This document shows positions 1 through 10,030 of a stretch of DNA of 64,000 bases, in pieces (within the stretch, counting starts at the first letter, position 1; each line of letters opens with the position of its first letter). The DNA is taken from the NCBI GenBank assembly GCA_963828525.1, contig CAWHEP010000005.1, positions 96,001 through 160,000 on the forward strand. Direction: 5' to 3'. Both the position numbers and the translations under genes were made by a program. The notes under the pieces are model-generated. The model was given only the letters and a program-made list of their open reading frames with translations, ran no database searches and was not told the origin of the DNA. This DNA is from an uncultured Verrucomicrobiae bacterium. GTDB taxonomy: Bacteria; Verrucomicrobiota; Verrucomicrobiia; Chthoniobacterales; Chthoniobacteraceae.

Positions 1-476
1 GTTCATTGCGCCTGAGCGCGGGCATCTTGGGCGAACTCCTGATCCGCGGCCAGGCGGATGGACAGGGCGTCTGGGGACGCTGGAACGCAAACGGCCCTGG
101 CACCGCCCGCCTCTTCTATGAACTCGGCCTCGGGCGTAATTTCTCCTCTTTCAATGAAGCGTTACCGGGCGATTTTATGAAGATTTTCTGGACGCCGGAA
201 GTAGGCAGCGCTGAACATGGCCACTCGGTTGTTTTTCTCGGAACCGAAACGAAAGAGGGGGCTGAGTACGTTCGTTTTTGGTCGAGCAATAAGCCACTGG
301 GATATGGAGAAAAGAGCGTTCCTCTTTCGAAGATCAGCCGCGTTATATTCTCCCGCCTGGAAGCGCCCGCGAATCTCTCCCGGGTTGAGCAGGCGCCGAA
401 GATCGATCCTTATCTTTTCAGCCTGCAAAGGCGGCGTTCCAGCTTTGACGAGGCTCGCGCCAAATGCGGTTTTTGA
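1..476 (+). CDS. Hypothetical protein, 5' truncated by the window edge; possibly an NlpC/P60-like (papain-fold) enzyme C-terminus
   Basis: Open frame to the stop at 476. Contains PGDFMKIFW...GHSVVFLG...VRFWSSN, a GD...GH pattern resembling the catalytic His region of NlpC/P60-type proteins. Confidence 0.5.
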   Translation, partial: SLRLSAGILGELLIRGQADGQGVWGRWNANGPGTARLFYELGLGRNFSSFNEALPGDFMKIFWTPEVGSAEHGHSVVFLGTETKEGAEYVRFWSSNKPLGYGEKSVPLSKISRVIFSRLEAPANLSRVEQAPKIDPYLFSLQRRRSSFDEARAKCGF

Positions 477-492
477 CGTTTAGGATCAACCC

Positions 493-1508
493 ATGAGCAA
501 ACAGAAGCTGAAGTGGGGCATCCTGGGTACGGGAGTCATCGCTCGGGAACTCGCGAATGGGATTGCGGAAGCTCCAGCAGCACTCTTTTAGCCGTCGGCA
601 GCCGGCACGAAGCGACTGCCCTCGCCTTCGGCGCTGAATTCAATGTGCCGCGTTGCTGCTCGTCCTACGAGGATGTCATCTCTGATCCGGAGGTGGAGAT
701 CATCTACGTGTCTACTCCCCATCCCATGCACGCCGAGTGGGCCATCCGGGCGGCGGAGGCTGGTAAACACGTCCTTGTCGAGAAGCCGATCGGGATGAAC
801 GAGTCCGAAGCCGCGGCGATGATCGATGCCGCCAGGCGTCACGATGTGTTTCTGATGGAGGCCTTCATGTACCGCTGCCATCCGCAGACTAAGGAAATCG
901 CGAGAATCATTCGGGAAGGTGAACTGGGGCGTGTGAAGCTAATCCAAGCCACATTCACCTTTGACGCCAAGGTAGGACCACAGAGCCGTTTGCTTGCTCC
1001 CTCTCTTGGAGGTGGCGCGATTCTCGATATCGGTTGCTACACCGCTTCCATGTCGCGATGGATTGCCGGAGCCGCCACCGGGAAAGTCTTCGAAGATCCC
1101 CTGGAGGTAAAAGGTTGTGGCCGCGTCGGGCAAACAGGCGTCGATGAATGGGCGATAGCCTCTCTAAAGTTCCCGGGTGATATCGTCGCGCAGCTTTGCG
1201 CGGGCGTGCAACTCGAAGGTGGCGACACGTCAAGCCACGTCCGCGTATTCGGTTCCGACGCAATCCTTACCGTCCCAACACCGTGGGTGCCCTCCAAACG
1301 AGGTGGACCATCGCGTCTTTCATTCAAGAAGCACTCCGAGGAGCAGCAGCGTGAAATCGTCATCGAATCTCCTTTTCGGCTCTACGCATGCGAGGTTGAG
1401 ACTGTGGCCGCTCACATTAGTAACAGGCAGGCGCCGGAGATGACATGGGCTGATAGCGTCGGTAACATCCGGGTACTGGATCGCTGGCGAAAGGAAGTCG
1501 GACTATAA
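493..1508 (+). CDS. Gfo/Idh/MocA family oxidoreductase (one frameshift near 565)
   Basis: ATG 493 gives MSKQKLKWGILGTGVIA (Rossmann motif). The frame of ORF 513-1508 continues with TPHPMHAEW, GKHVLVEKP, GGGAILDIGCY. Confidence 0.9.
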
Positions 1509-1517
1509 GACTCGCGC

Positions 1518-1548
1518 AAAAAAAAAGCGCAATCATCTCTGATTGCGC
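1518..1548 (-). terminator. Intrinsic terminator facing the minus strand
   Basis: Perfect 9-bp stem gcgcaatca(1527-1535)/tgattgcgc(1540-1548) with a 4-nt loop, preceded on + by 9 A's (a U9 tail on the minus strand). Confidence 0.8.
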
Positions 1549-1611
1549 ATTACGAGGGCCTGGCGGAACAACGTAAAAGTTTAGTGGCTTAATCTGATTC
1601 CCGGCTCGCGG
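1518..1611 (-). ncRNA. Candidate ~90-nt small RNA
   Basis: Lies between a sigma54-like promoter (1622-1637) and a U9 terminator, with no credible ORF inside. Inferred only. Confidence 0.45.
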
Positions 1612-1621
1612 ATAATACTTA

Positions 1622-1637
1622 AGCATTCGCCGTGCCA
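1622..1637 (-). promoter_or_regulatory. Sigma54 (-24/-12) promoter
   Basis: Minus strand reads TGGCACGGCGAATGCT versus consensus TGGCACG-N4-TTGCW, with correct GG/GC spacing and one mismatch. Confidence 0.6.
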
Positions 1638-1775
1638 GCAAGCCGCGCAAGCCTTGCTATCAATGCGGAAAGGTCGCGACCCCGAAAATATCAAATGACC
1701 TGCGCCTCATCCTGATCCATAGTATCCGAACTCCCCCTGGCATGCTGTTGGGCGAATAGAACCTTCTCGCGGACA

Positions 1776-2222
1776 ATGGAAAGCTCCTTCGGAAACATCG
1801 AAATCCTCCTGGTGGAGGATAATCCCGGGGATGTCGATCTCACGCGAGAGGCGCTCAAGGATGCGGGTGTAAGCAACCGCTTGAATGTCGCGAGGGACGG
1901 GATTGAGGCTCTCGAGTTTCTGCGGCGCACCGGCCGGTTCAAAACTGCCCCTCGCCCGGACATGATCTTGCTCGATCTGAATATGCCTCGGAAAAACGGC
2001 CGCGAGGTGCTGGCGGAGATCAAAGCCGACCCACTTTTTAGGTGTATACCCGTCGTCATACTCACGACTTCCGATGCCGAGCAGGATGTCATGCGGGTGT
2101 ACAATCTGCATGCGAACTGCTACGTCACCAAACCAGTCGATCTCGAGCGATTCATGAAGGTCGTGCGCTCGATTGAGGATTTCTGGATGACGGTGGTTAC
2201 GCTCCCTCCGAAGTCGCAATGA
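1776..2222 (+). CDS. Single-domain response regulator (Rcp1-like)
   Basis: [41 protein letters not shown], and the C-terminal FW motif. Confidence 0.95.
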   Translation: MESSFGNIEILLVEDNPGDVDLTREALKDAGVSNRLNVARDGIEALEFLRRTGRFKTAPRPDMILLDLNMPRKNGREVLAEIKADPLFRCIPVVILTTSDAEQDVMRVYNLHANCYVTKPVDLERFMKVVRSIEDFWMTVVTLPPKSQ

Positions 2223-4247
2223 AAGAAGCCGCGATCCGCGTTCTTCTTATAGAAGACAACCCGGGTGACGCCTTCCTGATCGAGCAGGGGTTTGCGGAGG
2301 CCCAGGATGTTTCCCTGGAGTTGATTTGGGTCCCGACACTGGCCGCCGGCTTGGAACGACTGCAAGACGAGCGCTTCGATGTGGTGCTGCTGGATCTCAC
2401 GCTTAGTGACGGTTCGGGACTGGATACATTCTCTCAGCTCTACGCGAAAGTTCATGAAGTCCCGATCATCGTTCTCAGCGGTCTGGCGAGCGAAGTTCTC
2501 GCCATCAAAACAGTGCATGATGGAGCGCAGGACTATCTGGTCAAAGGCCAGGTCGATAGTCGATCCCTCGTTCGTTCCATCCGGTATGCGATCGGCAGGG
2601 CGCGCGTCGAAAAGGAACTTGGCAGTGAAAGGGAACGACTGCGCGCCCTTTTACAGACGACGCCTGATCTTATCTGTTTCAAGGATGAGAAGGGCAGATT
2701 CGTCCAGATTAACCAAGCTCTCGCGGACTTTCTGGGTTTGGAAAATCCGGACGCCGCCGTGGGAAAAACGGATTTTAATTTCTACAGTCCCGAGAATGCT
2801 CAGGCGACTCTGCGCGATGAGGAGAATGTGATGAAGAGCGGAGAAGGCCTCCGCGCGCGTGTGGAGCGCGAGTCACTGAGCGATGGCCGCACTGCGTGGG
2901 TGTTAAGCACCAAACTCCCGCTTAGGAACAAGCACGGGAGGATTGTGGGCACATTTGGTATTTCACGCGATATTACGGAATCGAAACTCGCCGAGGAGGC
3001 CCTCCGCGCCAGCGAAGAACGAAACAAGGTGCTGCTTGGTTCCGTGACGGACTACATCTATACGGTCTATTTCGAGGACGGCCACCAATCCCACACCCAC
3101 CATGGCGAGGGCTGCCTCGCCGTCACGGGCTATTCTCCGGAGGACTACGCCTCCTCCCCTGATCTTTGGCTCAACATGGTGCATGAGGAAGACCGCGCCG
3201 CCGTGGTTGATCATCTCTCAACGATGCTCCTCGGTGGCAACACCCAGGGGCTCGAACACCGCATCGTGCATAAGGATGGTTCGACTCGCTGGGTCAGGCT
3301 CACGCTGGTTCCCCGCGTGGACAGCATGGGTAATGTGACCTCATACGATGGCATTATCGCTGACATCACGGAGCGCAAACGAGCGCGGCAGAAGCTCGAG
3401 GAGACGAACGCGCGATTACAGCAAGTCCTCGCTGATCTCATGCGCTCTCACGAGGAACTAAAGCGCACCCAAATGCTCCTGGCTCGTGCCGAGCGGATGC
3501 AATCTGTCGGCCGCCTCGCTTCCGGCATAGCGCACGAAATCAAGAATCCCTTGGCAACTCTTGAAATGGGCATTGGCTGGATGGGAGAGCAGGGGTGGTC
3601 GTCGGAAGGCAAGACGCCGACTTGTTCTCCGTGAAATGAACGAAGCGATCGAGCGGGCCAATAAAGTGATCGCCGCCCTTTCTGCTTCCTCCTCCGCGAA
3701 TGTCGCTGATCTTGCTCCCGCAGACATTAACGAGGTCGTCGAACGCGCGCTCGCTTTAGTGGCGGGGGAGATTAGCGACCGATCAATCACTTTGAAGAAG
3801 GTGCTCGCTCCCGCCCTGCCGGAGTGCCGGGTTGATCCCGACGATATCACGCGCGTACTTGTGAATGTTCTCCTGAATGCCTGTCAGGCGATGCCCCACG
3901 GCGGAGGGTTAAAAGTGTCAACGGCAACCGGGCGCGTGAAGGCGGGCGAGGTGGCTTTCGTAGCGGGAGATCGCTCCGGCGCTGGAGTCCGCGTCTGTGG
4001 CGATGTTGTGCAAGTTTCTGTGGAAGATTCCGGTCACGGTGTTCCAGCGGATAAGATGGATATGGTCTTCGACCCGTTTTTTACTACACAACCCGCTGGA
4101 AAAGGGATTGGCCTCGGGTTGACCGTTAGCCAGAAGATCATGGAACGGCATGGCGGCCGGATCACGCTTGCTAACGTTGCCGGAGGCGGGGCGCGGGCCG
4201 AGTTGATATTCCATGCTGAGGAACCCGTTCCGGCCGCAACCGCGTGA
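2219..4247 (+). CDS. Cytoplasmic hybrid histidine kinase REC-PAS-PAS-HisKA-HATPase (frameshift near 3600-3630)
   Basis: N-terminal receiver, two PAS/PAC domains (RDITE, DITERK), H-box AHEIKNPL. N-box [22 protein letters not shown] and GIGLGL continue in the ORF 3561-4247 frame. Confidence 0.92.
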
Positions 4248-4254
4248 GAGGGAG

Positions 4255-4327
4255 GGTGGTCGACGGGACTCGAACCCGCAACAGCCAGAACCACAATCTG
4301 GAGCTCTACCATTGAGCTACGACCACC
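4255..4327 (-). tRNA. tRNA-His (GTG)
   Basis: Minus strand GGTGGTCGTAGCTCAATGGTAGAGCTCCAGATTGTGGTTCTGG...GGGTTCGAGTCCCGTCGACCACC forms a cloverleaf with anticodon GTG and G-1:C73. CCA is not encoded. Confidence 0.97.
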
Positions 4328-4385
4328 GAATGGCAGGGTGAAAGGTAGCAAATTCCAGAGGGAAGCCAAACGCTAAACGTCCCGA

Positions 4386-6365
4386 ATGATTTTCCTTCAG
4401 CCATTTCTCCTCTGGGCGCTCCCGGCCGCTCTGTTGCCCCTCGTTATACACCTGCTGAACAGGATGCGTTACCACTCCGTCGATTGGGCGGCGATGAGTT
4501 TCCTGTTATCGGCGAATCGTGCCTCCACGCGTCACGCCAACCTCCGTCAGATACTCATCCTTGCCTGCCGTGTAATCGCTGTCGCTGCGTTCGTTTTGAT
4601 GATGGCCCGCCCCCTGACTGGCGGATGGCTTGGCTGGATGCTCTCGCCGGCTCCCGAGACGGTATTGATACTGCTGGATCGCTCCGCCAGCACGGAAACG
4701 ACGGATCCGGGAGCCACCACTTCGAGGCGGCAGAACGCATTAAAGCTGCTGGCTGAAGCCGGGAAGGATCTTGCGAGCACCCGATTTGTGCTCTTCGAAA
4801 GCGTGTTCCGCAAACCGCAAGAGATTGGGACGCTGCGGCTTCTTCCAGACTTATCCGCCACGGCGGGCACTGATACAGCCTCAGACATGCCCGGCTTGGT
4901 TGACGCAGCCGTCGATTGGCTCTCCCGCAATAAGAGCGGTCGCGCCGAACTTTGGATCGTTTCTGATCTCCAGCGCTCAGATTGGGAGCCCGGCAGCGAG
5001 CGGTGGCCCGCGTTAGGCGCGCGACTGCAAGCCATGCCACAAGGCGCCCGCGTCCGGATTTTGAGTATAGGCAAGGCCCCGGCGCCGAACAGTTCGATCT
5101 CAATCCGCCGCGTCGGCAAGACAAAAGACGCAGCGGGGTCTCAGGTGAATATCGACTTCGATATAAGGCGCGACGAAACAGCGCCCGCTTCCTTGCCGGT
5201 GACATTTACTGTTGATGGAACTCGCTCGGTTCATGACTTCGCCATGGAGGGGCAAAGCGGTCGATTTCACCATGCGGTGCCGGCTGCGTCGGAAACGGGT
5301 TGGGGAAAAATTGAACTCCCGGCTGATGCTAACTGGCGGGATAACAGCGCCTACTTTGTATATGGTCCCCGGCCATTTCTGCGGTCGGCTTTGGTCAGTT
5401 CCGATGAAGAGAGCGCCCGCTTCCTGAGGCTTGCGGCCGCCCCTTCATCTGGGTTGCGGGAAGAGTGCGATCTTGTCGATGGCACCAAAGCGGAGTGGGA
5501 CAAATACGCTCTGGTGATGTGGCAGGCGCCCTTGCCCGTGGGGAGGGTGGCGGCCTCTCTGGTGGCCTTCGCTCGCGCCGGGGGCTTGGTTCTATTCTTT
5601 CCGCCCGGCGTGGAAGACGACGCATCCTTTGCCGGCGTCAGGCGGAATAATATCCAGACGGCGGGAACTGGTGGGCTTTTCAAACCAGCCCGGTGGAATG
5701 AACAGCAGGGACCATTTGCGAAGACCCAGGAAGGGGTGAGCATTCCTCTTTCAGACTTGCTTGTGTCGCGAAGGCAACCTGCGGTGGGCGAGATGAACGC
5801 GTGGGCCAGCTTCTCAGACGCAATCCCGCTTTTGTCGCGCAGTCCTTTGGGCAAAGGGCAGTTGCTTTTCTGCGCCACGCTGCCGAAAGCGGACTGGTCG
5901 AATCTCGGTGAAGGCCGCGTGCTGGTTCCCATGCTACAGCGGCTGCTTGAGGAAGCAGGGCAACGGTTTGCTCCCGCCCTCTCGGAGCAACCCGGTGACT
6001 CCGGCTTGATGGGGGACCTTGCCGCTTGGACACCCGCCGATTCAAGTCTTCGTAAAGACCCACGTCTCGACGCCGGAGTTTACCGAAACGGGGAAAGGTC
6101 GGTGGCTGTTAATTGCCCCGTGTCAGAGGATGAAGAGGAACGCCTCCAGCCTTCTGCTGTCACGAAGCTGTTTGCGCCTGCCAGCGCGCAACTGTTTCAG
6201 GCGCCGAAAGGCGAATCAGGCAAGCTGCAAGGTGAGGTGTGGCGCTTAGCGCTGGTCCTGATGCTCGGACTGCTCCTTGTCGAGGGGTGGCTTACCCTGC
6301 CTGGGAAAACGCTTCCGAACCCCGCAAAGAAAAACCCCGTTCGCGTCGCGAACGGGGTTTTCTGA
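4386..6365 (+). CDS. BatA (aerotolerance N-terminal) + vWA domain membrane protein
   Basis: MIFLQPFLLWALPAALLPLVIHLLNR...WAAMSFL, MIDAS-like DRSAS and IVSD, and a C-terminal TM (WRLALVLMLGLLLVEGWL). Confidence 0.85.
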   Translation: MIFLQPFLLWALPAALLPLVIHLLNRMRYHSVDWAAMSFLLSANRASTRHANLRQILILACRVIAVAAFVLMMARPLTGGWLGWMLSPAPETVLILLDRSASTETTDPGATTSRRQNALKLLAEAGKDLASTRFVLFESVFRKPQEIGTLRLLPDLSATAGTDTASDMPGLVDAAVDWLSRNKSGRAELWIVSDLQRSDWEPGSERWPALGARLQAMPQGARVRILSIGKAPAPNSSISIRRVGKTKDAAGSQVNIDFDIRRDETAPASLPVTFTVDGTRSVHDFAMEGQSGRFHHAVPAASETGWGKIELPADANWRDNSAYFVYGPRPFLRSALVSSDEESARFLRLAAAPSSGLREECDLVDGTKAEWDKYALVMWQAPLPVGRVAASLVAFARAGGLVLFFPPGVEDDASFAGVRRNNIQTAGTGGLFKPARWNEQQGPFAKTQEGVSIPLSDLLVSRRQPAVGEMNAWASFSDAIPLLSRSPLGKGQLLFCATLPKADWSNLGEGRVLVPMLQRLLEEAGQRFAPALSEQPGDSGLMGDLAAWTPADSSLRKDPRLDAGVYRNGERSVAVNCPVSEDEEERLQPSAVTKLFAPASAQLFQAPKGESGKLQGEVWRLALVLMLGLLLVEGWLTLPGKTLPNPAKKNPVRVANGVF

Positions 6366-6384
6366 AGAAAGCTCTCTACGCAGC

Positions 6385-7149
6385 TTATTTCGGGTTTACG
6401 GTGATGTTGCTTGTTCCGAGCCAGTTACTCGCCTTCCCTGAGTTATCGAAAAGATCGATAGCGGCGGCGCCGGCCGTAGCGGGAGGCGCTCCCAGCACCT
6501 GTGAGGTCGAACTATTGGTGGCAGCAGCCCCAGCAGCAGTCGGAGTGCATTTCTCTACATTACCGCTAATGTCGACCCGAATAACCACGGCCCGGGTGCC
6601 AGTCCACACACCGCCTTCGACGGTTGGATCTGCGATATAGTTGTGAGTTCCTTGTGACGGATCACCATTGAACGCGTCAGCAATGAGAGGGAACTGCGAA
6701 TTCGATGTATCGGTCAGCCCCGTCACATAAGCCCAGTGATTTTCGCCCTTTGCGAGGGTGTTCACGGGCGTGTCGGGGAGGGGATTGTCAATAACGTTAT
6801 CAGGAGGCGCCGCGTTGCACTCTTTCGACTTCGCCAGCCAGAAAATGGCTTCATTCGTCAAGTACTGCGGGAACAACTGCGCAAATGCCGTATTTGAATC
6901 CTTTACCGCAGTGGTTGTGGGCGCTCCATTACTGAGCGTGTAGGACGGAAATACGCCGTTGTTGTCACCCGCGTACACCTTGAGCGCCAAACCGATTTGC
7001 TTGGCGTTCGAGAGTGCCTTTGTTTGCGCTCCTCTTACTTGAACCTGGCTGAACACAGGTAGCGCGATACCCGCCAGGATGGCGATGATCGAGATTACAA
7101 CCAGCAGCTCGATGAGCGTGAAGGCTGCGAATTTTTTGTGGATTATCAT
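6385..7149 (-). CDS. Prepilin-type N-terminal cleavage/methylation protein (PVC-type pilin-like)
   Basis: AFTLIELLVVISIIAILAGIALP...ALSNAKQIGLALKVYAGD. Confidence 0.92.
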   Translation of the reverse strand: MIIHKKFAAFTLIELLVVISIIAILAGIALPVFSQVQVRGAQTKALSNAKQIGLALKVYAGDNNGVFPSYTLSNGAPTTTAVKDSNTAFAQLFPQYLTNEAIFWLAKSKECNAAPPDNVIDNPLPDTPVNTLAKGENHWAYVTGLTDTSNSQFPLIADAFNGDPSQGTHNYIADPTVEGGVWTGTRAVVIRVDISGNVEKCTPTAAGAAATNSSTSQVLGAPPATAGAAAIDLFDNSGKASNWLGTSNITVNPK

Positions 7150-7336
7150 TACTTTTTAGTTCTTTCAACGTTCGATGTGGGAGAAACGGCTCCTAAATGT
7201 AACGCCGCGCGCGCCGGGCTGCAAGAAATATTCAGCCCGAAAACCATTTTTGGAGTTCCTCCTACAGTGCGCTGATTCAATGTCCTCAAGAGCCAGCCTC
7301 CGCGCTCTCCATAGCTCCCAGTGCCTGTGCTCTGAA

Positions 7337-7519
7337 CTACGTTTTCTTCTCCGGCAGTTTCTTTCTTTTAGTTGCAGCGATTTCCTCAAGCTGCTTCTCG
7401 CTCATGGAACTCGCCATCTGTTTGGAGGCGCCCTTCAGCGAGGACTTGTTTATTTCGCCTCGTTTCGCCGAAAGCGCCGCGCCTGCGGCCATCTGCTGTT
7501 TTTTTGATTTTGCGGGCAT
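7337..7519 (-). CDS. Small basic protein, DUF3008-like (60 aa)
   Basis: MPAKSKKQQMAAGAALSAKRGE...LKGASKQM..SMSEKQLEE.A.TKRK.LP matches the family pattern as recalled. Confidence 0.85.
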   Translation of the reverse strand: MPAKSKKQQMAAGAALSAKRGEINKSSLKGASKQMASSMSEKQLEEIAATKRKKLPEKKT

Positions 7520-7736
7520 ATGACATTGCATCGTCGCTCGGGCGGGCGCCGGACTTCGCGCTTGAAGATCCAGGCTGTCGCAACCGTCTGCCAGTTTCCT
7601 GCAATGCCAATCCTTTCTCCCGGTCGCGGTTGCCCTTTGGCCAAAAGAAGTGCAGGATGCAAAAGCGTCCGGATAGATGGGCGGCAACTTCATGCTTATC
7701 TTCATCGTCCTTTGTCAAACGCGCTGCGCGGCCTAG

Positions 7737-10019
7737 ATGGACTCCGCCAGTCCCAAGATCAGTCGCATCTACTTTCTCGGCGATTATGTGCCGCGCCGAT
7801 GCGGCATTGCGACTTTCACGGCAGACCTTCTGGAATCGACAGCGGCTGAATTCCCCGCGACGCATTGTGTCGCCGTTCCTGTGAACGACCGACCGGAGGG
7901 CTATGAATATTCGGAGCGCGTGCGTTTTGAGATTAACGAACGGGAGATCGATTCATACAGGCGCGCGGCAGATTTCCTCAACATCAATGAAGCAGAGATA
8001 GTCTGCGTTCAGCACGAGTTCGGAATCTATGGAGGCGCCGCCGGCAGCCATTTGCTGGCCTTGCTGCGCGAACTCAAGATGCCTATCGTGACTACGCTCC
8101 ATACCATCTTGAATGAACCCGACGACGCGCATCGTCGCGTAATGGAGGAAATCGCCCAGCTATCCGCGCGGCTGGTTGTAATGACTCAAAAAGGCGTGGA
8201 TTTTCTCCGCGACGTTTATCGCGTGCCGCTGGACAAGATTGACCTCATACCCCACGGCATCCCGAACATCCCGTTCGTTGATCCGCACTTTTACAAGGAT
8301 CAGTTCGGAGTCGAAGGCAAGACGGTATTGCTAACTTTCGGGCTGATTGCGCCAAACAAGGGCATAGAGCGCGTTATCGAAGCCTTGCCAGACATACTGA
8401 AGAAGTTCCCTCACGTCGTCTATATTGTGCTGGGCGCCACACACCCGAATCTGCGCAAGCACGAGGGCGAGACATACAGGCTCTCTCTCGAGCGTCTGGC
8501 AGAGGCGCGGGGCGTTAAAAAGCAGGTCATTTTTTACGACCGTTTCGTGACGATTGCCGAGCTGACAGAATTTATCGGCGCCGCGGATATATACATAACG
8601 CCTTACCTGAACGAGGCCCAGATTACGTCTGGCACCCTCGCCTATGCGTTCGGAGCGGGGAAGGCGGTCATATCCACCCCTTATTGGCATGCCGCGGAGT
8701 TGCTCGCGGAGGGGCGTGGCGTTCTTGCTCCTTTTGGTGATTCCCAAGCCATCGCTCGTGCCGTCATCGATCTGCTTGATGATCCGGCCCGCCGTCACTC
8801 GATGCGTAGAAACGCATTCATGCTTGGCAGAGAGATGGTGTGGCCCGTTGTTGCGCGCCGTTACATGGAGACTTTCGAGAGGGCGCGCGCGGGCAGGCGA
8901 TTTACGCCTCGCAAAGCTTTCGCGGGCCAGACGCTGGAAAATCGCCCATACAAACTTCCTCCCCTCAAACTGGATTACCTTTTTAAACTCAGTGACGGCA
9001 CGGGGATTTTGCAGCACGCGACCTTCAATGTGCCCAGCTTTGCCGAAGGTTATTGCACCGACGACAACGCGCGCGCCTTTATCCTCATGGTTCTGCTGGA
9101 AGAGCTTGGGGAAATTCCCCTCCGGCGCATCGATCCGCTGGCTACAACCTATCTCTCGTTTCTAAATTATGCGTTTGATCGGGACACGAAACGGTTTCGC
9201 AATTTCATGAGCTTCGACAGGCAGTGGCTTGAAAAAGAGGGCTCCGAGGAAAGTCATGCGCGCGCGCTTTGGGCGCTGGGCTCCGCCTTGGGAAGATTTC
9301 AGAACCAGGGCTTCCGAGCCATGTGTGGGTGGCTGCTTAATGAAGCATTGCCTGCTGTCTTTGATTTCTCCTCGCCCCGCGCCTGGGCTTGCGCGTTGAT
9401 CGCCATACATGAATACCTGCGCCGGTTCTCTGGAGATCGCGCGATGAACAACGCGCGCGATGTGCTCACCGCGAGGCTGGTGGATCTTTTCAAACGGACT
9501 GGTGACGATTCATGGCCGTGGTTTGAAGAGATTGTAGCCTACGACAACGGCAAAATGTCGCACGCGCTGATCCTGAGCGGATACTGGACGTCGCAGCCAG
9601 AGGTGCTTGCTGCCGGCCTGAAAACTCTGCGCTGGCTTTGCAAAATTCAGACATCGGAGAACGGGGTGTTCAGCCCCGTTGGCTCAAACGGCTTCTTCAA
9701 AAATGGCGGAGAGAGAGCTCGCTTTGATCAGCAGCCGTTGGAAGCCCATTCCGTCCTTTCCGCAAGTCTGGAAGCCTACCGTGTCACGCGCGATCGCTTT
9801 TGGCTCGTTGAAGCGCAACGGTGCTTTGAGTGGTTCCTCGGACGCAATGACCTCGGTCTTCCGCTCTATGATTCCGTCACGGGCGGCTGCCGCGATGCCT
9901 TGCACCCGGATCGGGTAAATCAAAACGAAGGAGCGGAGTCCACGCTCGCCTTCTACCTTTCTCATGCTGAGATGCAGCTCTCCCAAGCCGCTCTCGATTC
10001 CTCCACCAAGACCGTCTGA
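7737..10019 (+). CDS. GT4 glycosyltransferase fused to a C-terminal six-hairpin (alpha/alpha) domain
   Basis: PRRCGIATF, QHEFGIYGG, KGIE and QITSGTLAYA in the GT4 half. GYCTDDNARA, FDQQPLE and NQNEGAESTL in the C-terminal half. Confidence 0.9.
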   Translation: MDSASPKISRIYFLGDYVPRRCGIATFTADLLESTAAEFPATHCVAVPVNDRPEGYEYSERVRFEINEREIDSYRRAADFLNINEAEIVCVQHEFGIYGGAAGSHLLALLRELKMPIVTTLHTILNEPDDAHRRVMEEIAQLSARLVVMTQKGVDFLRDVYRVPLDKIDLIPHGIPNIPFVDPHFYKDQFGVEGKTVLLTFGLIAPNKGIERVIEALPDILKKFPHVVYIVLGATHPNLRKHEGETYRLSLERLAEARGVKKQVIFYDRFVTIAELTEFIGAADIYITPYLNEAQITSGTLAYAFGAGKAVISTPYWHAAELLAEGRGVLAPFGDSQAIARAVIDLLDDPARRHSMRRNAFMLGREMVWPVVARRYMETFERARAGRRFTPRKAFAGQTLENRPYKLPPLKLDYLFKLSDGTGILQHATFNVPSFAEGYCTDDNARAFILMVLLEELGEIPLRRIDPLATTYLSFLNYAFDRDTKRFRNFMSFDRQWLEKEGSEESHARALWALGSALGRFQNQGFRAMCGWLLNEALPAVFDFSSPRAWACALIAIHEYLRRFSGDRAMNNARDVLTARLVDLFKRTGDDSWPWFEEIVAYDNGKMSHALILSGYWTSQPEVLAAGLKTLRWLCKIQTSENGVFSPVGSNGFFKNGGERARFDQQPLEAHSVLSASLEAYRVTRDRFWLVEAQRCFEWFLGRNDLGLPLYDSVTGGCRDALHPDRVNQNEGAESTLAFYLSHAEMQLSQAALDSSTKTV

Positions 10020-10030
10020 CTGCCAGACTT

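Noticed and set aside
1417..1650. 77-aa minus-strand ORF
   Set aside because: It starts upstream of the sigma54 element, runs through the terminator into the opposite gene, and has no recognisable features.
3593..3601. GGGTGGTCG match to the tRNA-His 3' end as a possible att site
   Set aside because: Only 9 nt, inside a coding region, and there is no integrase.
7560..7660. Sigma54-like motifs (TGGCAGACGGTTGC on -, TGGCCAAAAGAAGTGC on +) near the stress cluster
   Set aside because: The GG-GC spacing is off by one in both cases.
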